A stretch of DNA of 64,000 nucleotides from Podarcis pityusensis. Lineage: Eukaryota. A model generated the notes under the pieces. That model saw nothing but the letters and a program-made list of their open reading frames with translations. It had not been told where the DNA came from and did no database searches. Made by a program: the position numbers and the translations under genes. Positions 50,405 to 63,512 of this stretch are shown here, in pieces. Where the stretch lies: the NCBI GenBank assembly GCA_964106645.2, contig OZ067043.1, one strand, 5' to 3'. How positions within the stretch are numbered: the first letter of the stretch is position 1; each line of letters starts with the position of its first letter.

Positions 50405-51157
50405 CAATGTGATAGCATATCAATTTAACCCTAATTATCCAGTGGGTCACGCTAAGAAATAAGGGTTTCTCATTTCAACAGGGTCCCTCGGTTTCTGCTA
50501 TGGAGGAGCCACATTAATAACACAGGGGGAAGGGGGGGCAACGAGAAAAGGAGGGAGCCTGTAATTGAATTCAGTCACTCAGGTGGTCCTAGTGTATAAA
50601 AAATTAATGTACAACTCTCCCAACTAATCAGAGGCGGTTAATGTCCATCTGCTTCTGGGTTCAGAAAGTCAGAAGCCCCAAGAAAATAGGGCCATTTCCT
50701 ACATGCTGAATTCATTGATACCGAGCTGGCTTTTTAAAGAGTCTCCTCCTTTGGAAAAGATATGGGGAACATTAAATCTTGATATTTATAGACCCAGTCA
50801 GGAGGCATTAATAGAACCTCATATGCTGTCATGTTCTGAAAATATACAGAAAGCTTTGTCACCACTGCTTCAGTAAAGGCCTTTCCGCATGGGTGGTGGA
50901 AGGAGAGGAGGTTGTGGAGGTAGTAGAAGGAAGGGTCTTTGAAGACACTGAGGTCTGCTGCTTTGTGGTCTAAAGATAATTTCCGAATGAAGTTATACCA
51001 TGTCCTATTTTTATTTACTTATATATTTAAGCACCAATGTGCTGCAGTAAAGATGCTTCAAGAAATCTGCCATATTGCTTATAAAGTATGTGAAAGTAAA
51101 CATGAAAGCAGAGTGACACAATCTCTTCCTCCACACTTTAGAGGAAAGTCATACATC

Positions 51158-51357
51158 NNNNNNNNNNNNNNNNNNNNNNNNNNNNNNNNNNNNNNNNNNN
51201 NNNNNNNNNNNNNNNNNNNNNNNNNNNNNNNNNNNNNNNNNNNNNNNNNNNNNNNNNNNNNNNNNNNNNNNNNNNNNNNNNNNNNNNNNNNNNNNNNNNN
51301 NNNNNNNNNNNNNNNNNNNNNNNNNNNNNNNNNNNNNNNNNNNNNNNNNNNNNNNNN
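51158..51357. other. Assembly gap (N run)
   Basis: N bases. Confidence 0.99.
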
Positions 51358-51383
51358 TAGCCTGAGATATGGACTATCTGCAG

Positions 51384-51486
51384 CAGGGGTAGCCAACACA
51401 GTATGCACCAGATATTGTTGGACTATAATTCCCATCAACTTCAACAATTGGACATACTGGCTCGGAACACCACATAGGCTACCCCG
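51384..51486. mobile_element. hAT-Charlie-like MITE (actacaactccc family), internally deleted
   Basis: caggggtagccaa pairs with taggctaccccg. Core ttggactataattcccatca. Confidence 0.65.
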
Positions 51487-52021
51487 GCTCCCATTCAGAA
51501 CAGACATTAAAGGTTCTTTGTACAACATGGGATTAACAGCAATTCAAACTCCTTTTGGCCAGGTTGGGGTGAGATGGGGTGAGCGTGTGTGAGTAGATTG
51601 AGCAAATGCATCTCTCCATCTAGCCCTGCTGATCTCCACCAGTACAGAGCTTCTGCTTCTGCCCTTGGGTTCCCCGCTGGTGGCAGCCTGCAAAAAGTCC
51701 TCCAGTTGGATGTTCTGGCGGCCAGCCCCACTGCCATTACATGACAGCTTTGCAATCTCCCTTCCACCTCCACCACCGATCCCAGTCGGCATGTTTTGCA
51801 GGGATGCAAACCCAACAGTGTCCTCAGCACTCCTATAAAGCCTCACCAGGCAACAGCCAGGGTTAGGATTGCAACGTAAGTCTCTGAATGTTATTTTTTT
51901 AAAGTCTCTGAACTTTGAATTCTTTTCAGAGAACAACATTTTGTACTTGGGAACCTCAGTTCTATAATTATTCCACTAAAGTGGATTCAGCAAACTTTCA
52001 GATTTTCAGAGGATCAGAGTT

Positions 52022-52178
52022 TCAGGATTCAGGAAAAGCAAAAGGAAGAACTTCTTCACACAATGCAGTTAAGAAACTGAATTTGCTACCACAAGATGTA
52101 GCAATGGTAACCATCTTGGAAGGCTTGGAAGGGTTCAAGCAAATTTGTGGAAGATAAGGCTCCCAATGGCTCCTAGTT
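52022..52178 (+). mobile_element. CR1 3' fragment
   Basis: aaaggaagaacttcttcacacaatgc...ccacaagatgtag...ggaagataaggct, homologous to 47590-47730. Confidence 0.75.
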
Positions 52179-52524
52179 GGAATGTCTAGTACGCCTCGGA
52201 ATAAGCTTTCCTTCACAAGCAGGATGACTTGGATTTTACATTTTTTAAAAAAGTTAAAGTTCTTAGGAAATAGATAACAGGGATTTCCTCCTGTGTGTGT
52301 GCTTTTCTTTTTATTTTACTACAGTTTTAAAAATTGTTTTATCCTGTCTCTACTCCAGCTTTTTATTGGCTGCTTTTACTGACTTATCTTAATTCATTTT
52401 GTTGTTTTACTTTTATTGCTTATTTTGTACACCACTGTGAATAAATTTTCATGCAGAAAAGCAGGATGTAAATAACATGAAATAAGACAAATCTTTCCTG
52501 TAATACAGGAGAACGCCAACTCAT

Positions 52525-52705
52525 GAACCTAGGAAGTTGCCTTACACAGAGTCAGACCATTGGTTCATCTAGCTCAGTACTGTCTATGATGGCTGGGAAC
52601 AACTGTCCTGGAAGAGGGTTTTCCCAGCCATCTCTGGAAATACTGAGAGTTGAACAGGGGACCTTTTGCATGCAAAGCATGCACTCCATCACGGAGCAAC
52701 AGTCT
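52525..52705 (-). mobile_element. tRNA(Ala-like)-derived SINE with CR1-type tail
   Basis: Reverse complement gives gctccgtgatggagtgcatgctttgcatgcaaaaggtccctgttcaactc (tRNA head) ... tactgagctagatgaaccaatggtctgactc..taaggcaacttccta. Confidence 0.75.
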
Positions 52706-53123
52706 TGCACCCAGCTCTTGCATCTTAAACAGAATTATACATAAGCTGCACATAAAAGATTCAATAATTCTGTGCCATGGTAACTCAATCTGTTCACCAA
52801 AAATCTGCAATATTCTGCAAGACAGACATTCTACATTATGCATTTTCTTAATTTTGATCATTTAACTCTGCTCCTGCTGATCATGGATAACAGTTATGCA
52901 GGGGACTACTGTCTTGTCACCCGACCATCAGAAATTCTGCTTGACACCATTTCCTGTATAAGAGAGTTCATTAAGCAGTCCCTACATGTTTTCAAGCCTA
53001 GCTTCACAACTGTGAGGGCTAGATTTGCTTTTTTTATTTTATTTTTAATTGAGATAAGATCTTCAGTATACCAAGTGGTACATCAGTATACCAAGGTTAA
53101 CAGTCACATAATGGACAGAAAAG

Positions 53124-53259
53124 TCATAGAATCATAGAATTGTAGAGCTGGAAGGGACCATGAGGAACTAATTCTAATTCAACCCTGTACAATGCAGAAA
53201 TCTTCTTGCCCAGCGTGGGGCTCAAACCCACAACCCTGAGATTAAGAGTTTCATGCTCT
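53124..53259 (-). mobile_element. tRNA-Lys(CTT)-derived SINE with CR1 (ATTCTATG)n tail
   Basis: Reverse complement agagcatgaaactcttaatctcagggttgtgggtttgagccccacgctgggc closely follows tRNA-Lys(CTT). Then ggtcccttcc...attctatgattctatga. Confidence 0.85.
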
Positions 53260-53299
53260 CTTGAACATATAAGCATCATTAAGTTTAAACATACAAAAC

Positions 53300-53493
53300 T
53301 GAGTTATGCAAGAGTCCAACACTTGATTCATCTAGCTTAGTATTGTCTCCTATAACTAGGAGTGGCCCCTCATGATCTCAGACAAAAATCTTTTCCATCA
53401 CCTGGTTTCTGAGTGCTTTTAATCAGAGGTGCAAGGGATTATACCTGGGTCCTCTCACATGCAAACATGTGTTCTATGAATTGTGGCCATTCC
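53300..53493 (-). mobile_element. tRNA-derived SINE (same family as 52525), older copy
   Basis: ttcatctagcttagtattgtct...gggattatacctgggtcctctcacatgcaa. Confidence 0.6.
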
Positions 53494-54980
53494 CCTCCTC
53501 CTTGCTGATATTTAAAAAAGGATGCTCTATCTTGCAGTGTCCATTTTCAGTGGGGGGGGGGGCTATGCCAAAGCAAACGAGAGTTAATCAAAAACAGTCA
53601 TAGAAAAAAGTCAAACACAAACAGGCAGCTGCACGGATGATTAGGTTGCAAACACATTTTGAGAAAAACTGTTTGTCAAGCCCTGACTAAACCCAATACA
53701 TGAAGCATCTCTCACTTCCTTCCCACCAAAGTTGTCAACTCCCTCTCCAGCTAACAAAGCATGCCGGAGAACCAGAACGTTGCCAGCCCATCACCCATGC
53801 CTTCCCAAAGTGAACATTAACTTCAATTTGAAAAAGCTGATAGGAGAAAACAGAAAAATCAAGCGGAACATGGGCATCCTCTCCACTGAAGAGTCAGGCA
53901 CTCTTAAAAGAAGAGAATGACAGAAAAACGCAACAGAGCCAAGCAGAAAGCTGCACAATGCCAGCGAAGCAGCAGGTGACAGCAGAGCTTAAAATTTCTC
54001 CTGGGTTCTGGAATCTCACAGCAGGCAACCTCTGGCATTTGGGCCCAGACAATGTGAGGCGAGCTGTGTTCTTGCTGTGACAAAACCCCCCGCCCAGAAA
54101 CAGGCACCATTAGCATGTGTTCTGCCAGTGAGAAACCTCCAGAGCCAAAGGACAAGTGCAGCAATTAGAATGCAGGGAGGGAGGGGGGCAGGAGCTGTTT
54201 AACTGCACGACCCCAGAGGTCAGTGCATCTGACACCTAGCACTTCCATAAATATTACATGAATGGGGGGGGGGGATGTTTTAAGCTTCCCTGAACGAATT
54301 CTCCCTTTGACCCTTCCCCTCATTCTCACATTCTACATGCAGCTCCACATGTTAACAACGTTATGTACACATGCAAAAGGCCAGATAATAATTTGTGTAA
54401 ATGAGGGGAAGTGGATAAAAGTGTTGACTGCAGGAGTGACCTAGAAAAAGCAGGGATCTCCAATACCCATCCGTGTTCCATATGCAACAGTTCTTCTATA
54501 TAATGCATTTATCATCTGCTCGGAGTCAGTGCCTCACAATCAGATCCATCAAAGCACAGGACACCGGGAAAGGGAAAACAGAACTTTCAGCAGTACATGG
54601 ATCATGCAAGATATGAAGAGTCAACTTGCCATACGACTGTAATTGCATTCCGTCACCACTGAACCTCATCTACCATGGGTAGGGATGCCAAATGAACTGG
54701 TTTGCTCTGAATTTCAGAGTGAACTGACCTGATCTGCATCTCCAGGATTAATGCACAGAATAAAATGTGATTTTGTGGTGTTTGATTTGTTTGTGCACCT
54801 ATACACACACAGATGTGAACCTATGGCCACCCGCATCCCCTCAAGTGTTTCCTGGCATATTCCTACAACTTTTCTTTGCATAAAAAAGCTCTAGCATCTC
54901 CACAGCTCTTTTCGGAATATATATACACACATACCAGCCCTGTTTTGCCTTTCTTAAAAAGAAAATTAAAGTCACCTGAA

Positions 54981-55115
54981 CAGTCTTCCCCAACCTGGTG
55001 CCCCCTGATGTTTTGGATTACAACTCCCTTCATTCCTCAACACTGACCATGTTAGCAGCGGGTGATGGGAGTTATAGCCTAAAAGCATATGGAGGGCACC
55101 AGTTGGGAAAGGCTG
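54981..55115. mobile_element. hAT-Charlie-like palindromic MITE (actacaactccc family)
   Basis: cagtcttccccaacctggtgccc pairs with gggcaccagttgggaaaggctg. attacaactccc pairs with gggagttatag. Confidence 0.8.
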
Positions 55116-57003
55116 CACTAGAGAGAAGAAACTGAATCCTTCAGGAATTCACCTAGCATGAGGCTCTCACCAAACCATCCTGCTTCCATGTAATATAGTA
55201 ATCACCAAGTGACTCAGTGATCCTAGTGTACCTCTAAGCCTGATAGCTATTTGACCATTTAGACATTTCCCACACTGGTGGTATGAAGGCAAGGTCTGCA
55301 AGTATCCTGGAACTGAGAAAGAGCCCCAGCCTTCATGCATCTCCTATGATCGTGCTCTAATGCTCCTTGACATCCCTCTGAAGACGGTGAGCTATTTGTA
55401 GTCACCACCATGATTTGTTAGTAATTATTTTCATGGTGTCACATTGCTGTCACACTGCTAACAAAGAGACAGGCAGCCTGAGGCTGCTTGCAAGAGACAC
55501 TCAGAAAATGTGGCGGGGGGTGGGGGGGTGGGATTGTCAGGCACCCAAAGACTCTCTTTGCTCAACAGAGCTTTCGAACCAGAGCCCTTACAATAGCCTA
55601 AAATCAATGGTTCCTCAGAAGCAGCAAGCCAGCACTATCTTGCACTTTGGCCACAGAGGCTGAAATTAATTACTATCCTCCTCCGCACTATTCCTGAAAC
55701 AAAGCCAACAAAGCCAGCGGGTTCGGGGCAGTTTTAGATTTCCTTAAGCTATTAACGTGCTAGAGATCTAAAGCAAAGACACATACAAAATGTGGGTGCA
55801 GATGACTTTAGCCATATCCTTTCAAGCTGCATTTTCCCCCCAAGCACTGCAAAACCACTGCGAAATCTACAGTATCCCAGTATCGGCAAATATGCTAATT
55901 TATACACAGTGACAATGTGCTGTATTTCTTCAGTCTGGCCACCTTAGCTGTTTAGCATTTCCCAGTGCTAAGGGACAGTTGCAGAGAGAGACACACACAC
56001 ACACTGTCACAGCCTAATGGCTTGTGCCCGTTACCTTGCCCTCGTGTCACTGACATCCCAAGAACTTCCTATATGCCAGCTCCATCCATCCATCTTGCAC
56101 CTGTGACTGTGATACTTTAGACTGACTTGTCAGTCAAAGGTAATCATCCTTCCCCCACTATCTGCATTGCTTGCTTGGTCCCATGAGAAATGTCAGCAAT
56201 TCTAAGACCTGGTATGTTGCACAATACAAATACAGTCAAATGAAAGTGAGCTGCCATACCAGCTGACCCTTCAGGCTGCCTTGATTCCAGCTACATAGAA
56301 TAAGGGTGAACATGGCTCCTTGAGCAACCCTAAATGTTTACAGCATCCAATAGGTATGATCTTCCTTCTGCTCAATGTAACAGCTTGCACATCATACATC
56401 ACGACAACAGAAGAAAAGTGCCAAAGAATTCTGAAGACATTAAAACTAATTGTAGAAGCTTAACCTGGAGAGTGTGTGTCACATAAAGACAAGTTGCGAA
56501 ACTTACCATATGCTCCAAAAATTGATACGCCCCCCCCCCCTTTGAATGGCCCTAATCACTACTTAGAACGTTTAAACGGTCCATAAAATGTAACTGATGC
56601 AACAGCTCATGGGGCTGCAAAATGATGTCACAATTCAAGAGGATGGTTTGACCTCATCTGTACCTGCAGAATTAATAGAAGGAGGATGTTGGTTCCAAGT
56701 TTGCACTGTTTCCATAAGCCACCAAAGTCCTAGCACAATGATAGCTAAAGAACATGCAGATACATTCACACCTCAAAAGGCAGAAATCGTGAAACATTGT
56801 TCAGACAGCCTGATAATGTTGGTATCGATGCAGCACAGAAAGGATAAATAATTTAACTTCAGCCATACCTAATACTCCTTGCTATTTAACTTTGCCCAGA
56901 ATCCATTTTGCTTGTCGTCCCCGCCCCCATATGAACTATCATATACTACTTTTTCAGCTTCAAAGTACTGCCTCCAACAATATTGAAGGTTCTTGGTCAA
57001 ATA

Positions 57004-57219
57004 CAGAGGTCAGAAACCTTTTTCAGCCATGGGCCGGTCCACCGTCCCTCAGACCATGTGGTGGGCCGGACTATATTTTTTGTGGGGGGAATGAATGAAT
57101 TCCTATGCCCCACAAATAACCCAGAGATGCATTTTAAATAAAAGCACACATTCTACTCATGTAAAAACACCAGGCAGGCCCCACAAATAACCCTTAGGGC
57201 CTTAGGTTGCCTACCCCTG
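57004..57219. mobile_element. hAT-Charlie MITE
   Basis: TIRs cagaggtcagaaacct and aggttgcctacccctg. 8-bp TSD gtcaaata/gtcaaaca (7 of 8). Internal direct repeat gccccacaaataaccc. Confidence 0.88.
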
Positions 57220-58001
57220 GTCAAACACATAAAGCGGAGTCTACAGCCAAAACAGATCATCCTGTATTCTTAACAGGTTTCATCTCTGACCTCTGCCTTT
57301 CACTAACAACTTAAACAGATAACTGCCATTTAACTCGATTTTGCTACAACCTAGCCAGCCAAAGAACACAGAGCCCTAGAGTTTTCAGCATCACACGAAA
57401 AAACTCCAGATCTCTAGAGCTAACAGAATGGAAAAGGAGCTCCAAGATTATCTACCTAACCCGACGCACTGAAAGAATTATCTAGATCACATCTGGCAAC
57501 TTAAGACCCATATGCCAAATACAAATTAAGGGCATCCTTTCTGTAGCTTGTCAAGTATTCACTGCATCACACAGCACGCTAGCTACCACCTTACATTGTA
57601 TTTTATTACACTTTAGCCCAGTATATCTTTCAGGAAATAGTTCTGTCCATTTGACAGAATGCAGTGTCAGCAAACCCAAAGTGTAAGTTCTCTTCCCTAT
57701 CATGGTCCAGAAAGCTTCAGCAGGTATACAATCCAACCTATGCTCAAAGCAGAACGCTATGCTAACTGATTGTGTCTCCCCATTCTTATTAAAATATCAT
57801 CAAGGAAGGAAGTTGGTCAATAACTTCAAAAAAACACTTATATGAATATATGGCAATATGCAAATATAAATATAATTGATGAATAATCAATTACAAAGCT
57901 GGTGAAAAATCAATTTAAAATATCTAATCAGCTAACTTTCCTATTTCTTGATTTTCTTAGACTTCATGTGGAACATGCATCAACAGAATAATGTCCTGAT
58001 T

Positions 58002-58225
58002 AAAGGAAGTAATAGTACTGCTCTATTCTGCCTTGGTCAGACTACACCTGGAGTACTGTGTCTAGTTCTAGGCTCCACAATTTTAAAAGGATGTTGACAA
58101 GCTGGACAAGATGATCAAGGGTCTGGAAACCAAGTCTTATAAGGGATGGTTGAGGGAGTTGGGTATGCTTAGCCTGGGAAAGAGGAGACAAAGGAGATGT
58201 GATAGCCATCTTCAAATATCTAAAG
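58002..58225 (+). mobile_element. CR1 LINE ORF2 C-terminal fragment
   Basis: KEVIVLLYSALVRLHLEYCV*F*APQF and MIKGLETKSYKGWLRELGMLSLGKRR, then IAIFKYLK. Confidence 0.9.
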
Positions 58226-58226
58226 T

Positions 58227-58350
58227 GTTTATTTACTTATTTATTAAATTTGTATACTGCCCTTCATTCAAAGATCTCAGGGCGGTTCACAGGAAAAATA
58301 CAAGATAAAAACACAACACACATAATAAAAATAAGAACAAAAACAAAACA
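58227..58350 (-). mobile_element. L2-type 3' tail
   Basis: tttatttacttatttattaaatttgtatactgccc...ctcagggcggttcaca. Confidence 0.6.
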
Positions 58351-59910
58351 ATAAACCCCTTCACCCTCACTCCCTCCCCTTGCTGCTGGTGTGATACAAA
58401 TAACTAATGCAGTATGGCTGGTATTTCATTTATCACAGTTTTAAGGAAGAAACGCATGCTCCCAGTGACATAAAATAAATGATTATGGACTAGTAGCTTT
58501 TACAGACTTTTGTATGGCTATGCTACCCTATAGTACAACCACTGCCAGTCTCCGCATACTTTTTCTCAGTCTCAACTACAAGAAAATAGGACAATGCCAC
58601 CACCCACCCCAATTATGAGTAATAAATTAATTTTTATTAAATAACTAATCACTCTCTAATATTCTACCCTAGATATCAGTTTCTCTTACATTTCGCCCCC
58701 TTTCTTAGCGTTTTACTATCCCTTGTGATACTGTTGTCTGGCTTCATTCCCATGGTCTTAATTTCCAAACCAATACCACTGTGCTCTCTCAACTTACACT
58801 GTGTCAAAGCTCATTATGCTTTCAGCTAACACACCACCAACCCCTTCAGATATAGGGATGAAGCTCTTACCCTTTGTGTATAGAAGATTAGACAAGCTGA
58901 AGTTTGCCGTCCATAGCAAGGTAATCCCTACGTGAACGGCTTAGTTACAAGCATCTCACCCAAAACCAATTCCTAGAAACCACAGGGAGAGGGAGAGAGG
59001 GGGGAGGAAGACACTTGCAGGATTTGACATACAACCCTCCATTCCCAAACAAAGCAAGAAAAAGAAAGCAGCAGAAAAGGTAAACATGCAGAGCCATAAA
59101 ATTAGAAAATACAGGACAGAGAAAGCGGGTGCTTGGATTACAAAACCAGTTTAAGTTTCCTTTTGTCTTGAAGAGTGAGAGATTTGGGCTAAAATAATAG
59201 TCAGGAGTTTAGAAGAAGCTCACTGCCTGCAAAAGATTCAATTTGGCCTCCCATGCTCATTGATATCTTTATGTATCTGCTGGGAAAAGTCATCTAGGGG
59301 TTTGAGTTGAAGTTTCACCAAAACAAAATGGCATTCATTTCTACCTGTCTACCCATGGGAGGTTGTGGAAGCCCTCCACCTAGACAAGAGGAGATGCTGT
59401 GGATTGGAAAGTCAGTCTCCAGATTCAGCTGTACAAGTAGTCCTAGATGGGATTGTGGCCCCCAAGGAACAGCAACCGCAAAAAAAATCCAGAACAGATT
59501 TAACGGATGCATGGGGAGAGGAGGGAGGGAAATTTACGCTGTGCAAACAAACATCCTGGCACTAATGGAACTACTGTGTTGGATACCACTAATGTTCTGT
59601 CGGTTTTAACTCTAATGGGGAAGTTACGGCCTAAATTTTGTAAAGATTTAATTCTGCAATGTTGCATGTTGGTAATTGGTTGTGAGCCACTTTGTGAAGA
59701 AAAATTCTCCCAAAAAGTGAGGTATATTTTTTTTAAATAAATAAAAGCAATAGCCAGATGAAGCAGAATTCAGTACATACACAGTACACACATAGGTCTT
59801 CTACTTATTTATTCCAGATATTCCAAAATATTATGCTGACAGCAATTTTTATGGTGAAGCATGTGATGTAGCAGCACAGGTATTATATGTACTTGGAAAA
59901 ACAAACCAAG

Positions 59911-60213
59911 GGTCAGCACTTAACCATGGTTTCCCATTCATGTGTGAACTGAAACAATGCTTAATGATTTCACGACAAGCAACTTTGAACTATGGCTTAA
60001 TATCCTGGCTTGTTTTGAAGCCACTAACCATACTTCCCAGAGTCACACATATTGGGGAGCTATGATTAAGTGCTGAATCTTTTTCTGTTGTTTGCGTGAA
60101 GGGAGAAGCTAAAGGGCAGAAAAGGGACTGCCTGCAGCAGTTGCATACTGCTCATGCATATCCTAACTTTTAAAAAGAGAGAATATTTGGCTTAATAGCA
60201 TGTGAAAAGTGGT
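59911..60213. mobile_element. AACCATGGTT-family element with an approximately 170-bp palindrome
   Basis: tcagcacttaaccatggtttccc..tgtgtgaact pairs with agtcacaca..ggggagctatgattaagtgctga. acaagc/gcttgt pair internally. Confidence 0.65.
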
Positions 60214-61289
60214 CTATCTGCTAGGATTCTTAGAGGATTGTGAATTCTGCACTTGTATGGCTTGACTGCAGAATACACATAATCCTGCCCTTAATTCGCC
60301 ATTGCTACACCTGTCATGTAATCAGTTGTGAGATCTGACAAATTCTCCAGGCAGAAATTTTAACTGCTTGGCATTATTCAAAGTACCTTATTTGTGTGAC
60401 TGGTTAGGTTTGTGTTGTTATTTTTAAGATGTAAATTTCTTGATTCAGGAGCAAAATTGTTCACTCAACGAATACAGGGCAATAAGCACAATAGCACTAT
60501 TCCTAAAAAGTCACACATCCACCAGTATTAGCATCTCGGGAAGCAGTTTCTCACACTAGAAGATATTAGAACTGTGCATGAGTCAACAGTATTAACAGTG
60601 AGGTCCAGTGTAGCATGAGCAAATGCAACATTATATCTCCTTTTCCTCCAATCTGTAGCATGTTGCACACTTCCAAAATCTACAGAAGAGATTTTGGAGT
60701 CACAGGTGGAGACTGGAAGGTGAAGAAAAGAAAGCAGAATTCCTGCTGCACACATGTATTTCAGCAAGCAAATGGATCTTACTGGGTGCCGCCATAATAC
60801 TGGACTTCAGTTAACTTAAACCTAGAACATGGTTGGTAACTTAAGACCTTGGATCTATGAAAGTCAAGTGGTTTATTCTCTGAGCTTGTAATAGAGAGCT
60901 TCTGCCCTTTCCATTGTTCTTGATATATTCTGAACGTGGCATCGCCAACTCTTCTTGTAAAACTTGGACAAGGGAAAATTAAAAACAGTAAAATCAAATT
61001 AAGCAATGGTATAATTCACTGCTAAGGATTCACTAATGTGCATCCCAAGAAATGCACCAAGAGCTATAAATGTTTCTAGTATGTTTTATCACCATATTAG
61101 AAAGCGAGCATTTGCTTTTTAACCACTTACTTATCAAAATAAAAACTTCTGAGCAAGTAGTTTCCTGGAGAGAAATGAATTAGTCAAGTCTTTCCTGCCA
61201 TGGAAATAATCAGATAAGCATTTTCATGTCTTGGAAATTTAGCTTTTGCAGGTGGGACTTGTTCTGCTTCTCAACCTCAGCCCCAAACA

Positions 61290-61542
61290 TTACTTAATAG
61301 TCTGTTTGGATCAAACTAAAGGTTCATCCATCCCATCATACTCTTTCCCATAGTGGTCATTGAGATGCTTTGGGAAAGCCCACTAGAAGCAGAGCGTGAA
61401 GGCAACAGCCTTCCTCTGCTGCTGCCCACAGTAACAAGTAGGTTCCATTGAACTATCATGGCTAATAGGCATTACAGACACATTTGCCAAATCCCCCTTT
61501 GAAGTCAGTCAAGCCAGTGGCAATAATGACATCTTCTGTCAG
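61290..61542 (-). mobile_element. CR1 3' UTR fragment
   Basis: ggatcaaactaaaggttcatc...catagtggtca..gatgc...tcatggctaatagg...aagccagtggc, homologous to 30600-30755. Confidence 0.65.
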
Positions 61543-63004
61543 ACAGAAGACGGACCTCTAGTCTGACCCAGCTTAGCAACTATTATACTAAGTTATCTTG
61601 GGTGCTACTCCAAGTCAACACAAAAGTGAAGTTCCTTCATGATATAAATGGGGTGCAGTATGACAGCCTGTTCCTTGTATGTGTGGAGGACCTTCTCAGG
61701 GATGCCTACTATTTTTATATTATATGCAGGTTGTGAATAAGAGCAGAATGAACAGGGTGGAGATCAAGCCTCTATATCAGCTTCCAGAAAATCAGACAAG
61801 GTTGAAATATCTATGCTCTGCTTCTGGTTCTCCTGGATGGTAATGATGAAGCTAGACAGGCTGAATTATCCAGGATATAGCACAATGCATCAATATAATG
61901 ATATAGCAGACAGGAAAGAATGACTCACCAGGTGCTGGTTTGCTTTGAGGAGAGAGAAAAAGAATACAATGCCATCCCACCATACTGTTGGAACGGGGAG
62001 ATTTTCCACAGAGATACAGGGCAGAACAGGGAGGCTTCCTCAGAGGGAAGCCTGGTGTGAATAAGCCTGAGGTAGTTCCTTCATCTGGCCCCTCCAAGGA
62101 AGCAAGACCCAGTGGTTTGTAACACAAAATACACAATTCACTGCTCATAACAAACAATACACATCGCAGTTTGCTATAAATCCCACGCTACACTGGTTTC
62201 CAAGAATGAGCTGCTTACCCCAAGTCCAAGCTTTGCCTTGCAGTTTCACATTCTCAAGTAGCTCCTTGGAATCCCCTTCCCACAGCACTTGTTCTCAGGC
62301 CTAAGGTCCCATAAGCTTAACAAGGCTGAATCTCCACTCACACATTTCAGCCTGGCAGGTCTGGTGCCTCTTATCTCGAGCTTCAGGTAGTTTCTTTTTA
62401 ATTAATAGCATTTCTGTATCGATGGAGGAAACTCTAACACCCAGAATGAATGGCCCTCTCTCATTAGATCCACTGCTGTCATGATGTATTCAAGCTGTGG
62501 AGGAGAATTCATTTCCTCTCAGGTGCATGGACTTTTCTTTTCCTTAGTGGGGGGAGGTTTTTAGAATGAGTGACGGTATTTGCCAAACCTGACATGAGAC
62601 TACGTTGATGTGAAATGCCTTTGTCAGGACAACCCTTCAGAAAGGTGATGTTCCCACTCAGGGGCTTTTTCCTCGTTAAAGAAATTGCATCTTAACAAGG
62701 AAAGGAGGCTAGTAAGCAGGAGGAGAACAGCTGTCTTCCTTTTGCCAACCCGATTCCTGCTGATCAGTGGGGGCTGGGAATCAGGAAATCCACCCATGCA
62801 CATGTTGGGTACAGAATCAGCACCTGGTTTCTGACCCCAGGGTTACAATGAGCCTTCTGGGCAACAACTCACCACGTATTCCAAACAGGTCCATGATACT
62901 ATTCTGACCTAAGCTCATCACTACTGGATATTCACTTATGCCTAGGTGCTGTCAACATCTAATGAAGGACCCTGGAACCCTGAAGCTAAACAAAATAATG
63001 TGAC

Positions 63005-63376
63005 AGTATGCCAGCTATGAATCTACTGGAACAGAAACAGCCTTGCTTCAGTTATCCATTACCTGGTAACTTCCTGTGTGGACTACTGCAATGCACTGGG
63101 TACGGGGATGTATTTGAAAATGGTCTGGAAACTCCAGTTAATTCAGAATATGACCATGAGACTGCTAACTGGGACCAGATGATTTGAACACATCAAGCCA
63201 GTACTTCACTGCCTTCACTGGTTCTGTTTCCAGGAGGAGTTAAAAAAGTATTGGTGTTTACTTTTAGGGCCTTTCAAAGCTTAGAACAAAGATACTGAAC
63301 TCTTTTTTTTCTATCCCTACACATACCTACCTAACACTTCAGAGTTTCTTCAGGTCCATCTTCATGTGCCCCTACC
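63005..63376 (+). mobile_element. Old L2 ORF2 C-terminal fragment
   Basis: SLASVIHYLVTSCVDYCNALGTGMYLKMVWKLQLIQN..RLLTG..*FEHIKPVLHCLHW. Confidence 0.88.
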
Positions 63377-63512
63377 AGGTGGGGTGCAAGATGTGGCCCC
63401 TCAGATGCTGCTGAACTACAACTCACATTCTTCCTATCAGCCATGCTTGCTGACGCCTTTAGGAACTATACTTCAGCAATATATGAAGGGTCACAGGTTA
63501 GCACCCCCACTG
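63377..63512. mobile_element. hAT-Charlie-like palindromic MITE (actacaactccc family)
   Basis: ggggtgc..tgtggcccctcagatg..gaactacaactc pairs with gggtcacaggttagcacccc. Confidence 0.65.

Noticed and set aside
51544-51939. 131-aa minus-strand ORF, and a plus-strand acceptor/donor pair at 51623-51875
   Set aside because: No recognisable homology. All three frames of the plus-strand candidate exon contain stops.
53205-53259. tRNA-Lys(CTT)-like sequence
   Set aside because: The 5' acceptor and D-arm portion is missing and it is fused to a CR1 tail, so it is a SINE head rather than a tRNA gene
56597-56851. 84-aa ATG-initiated ORF
   Set aside because: No recognisable family or splice context
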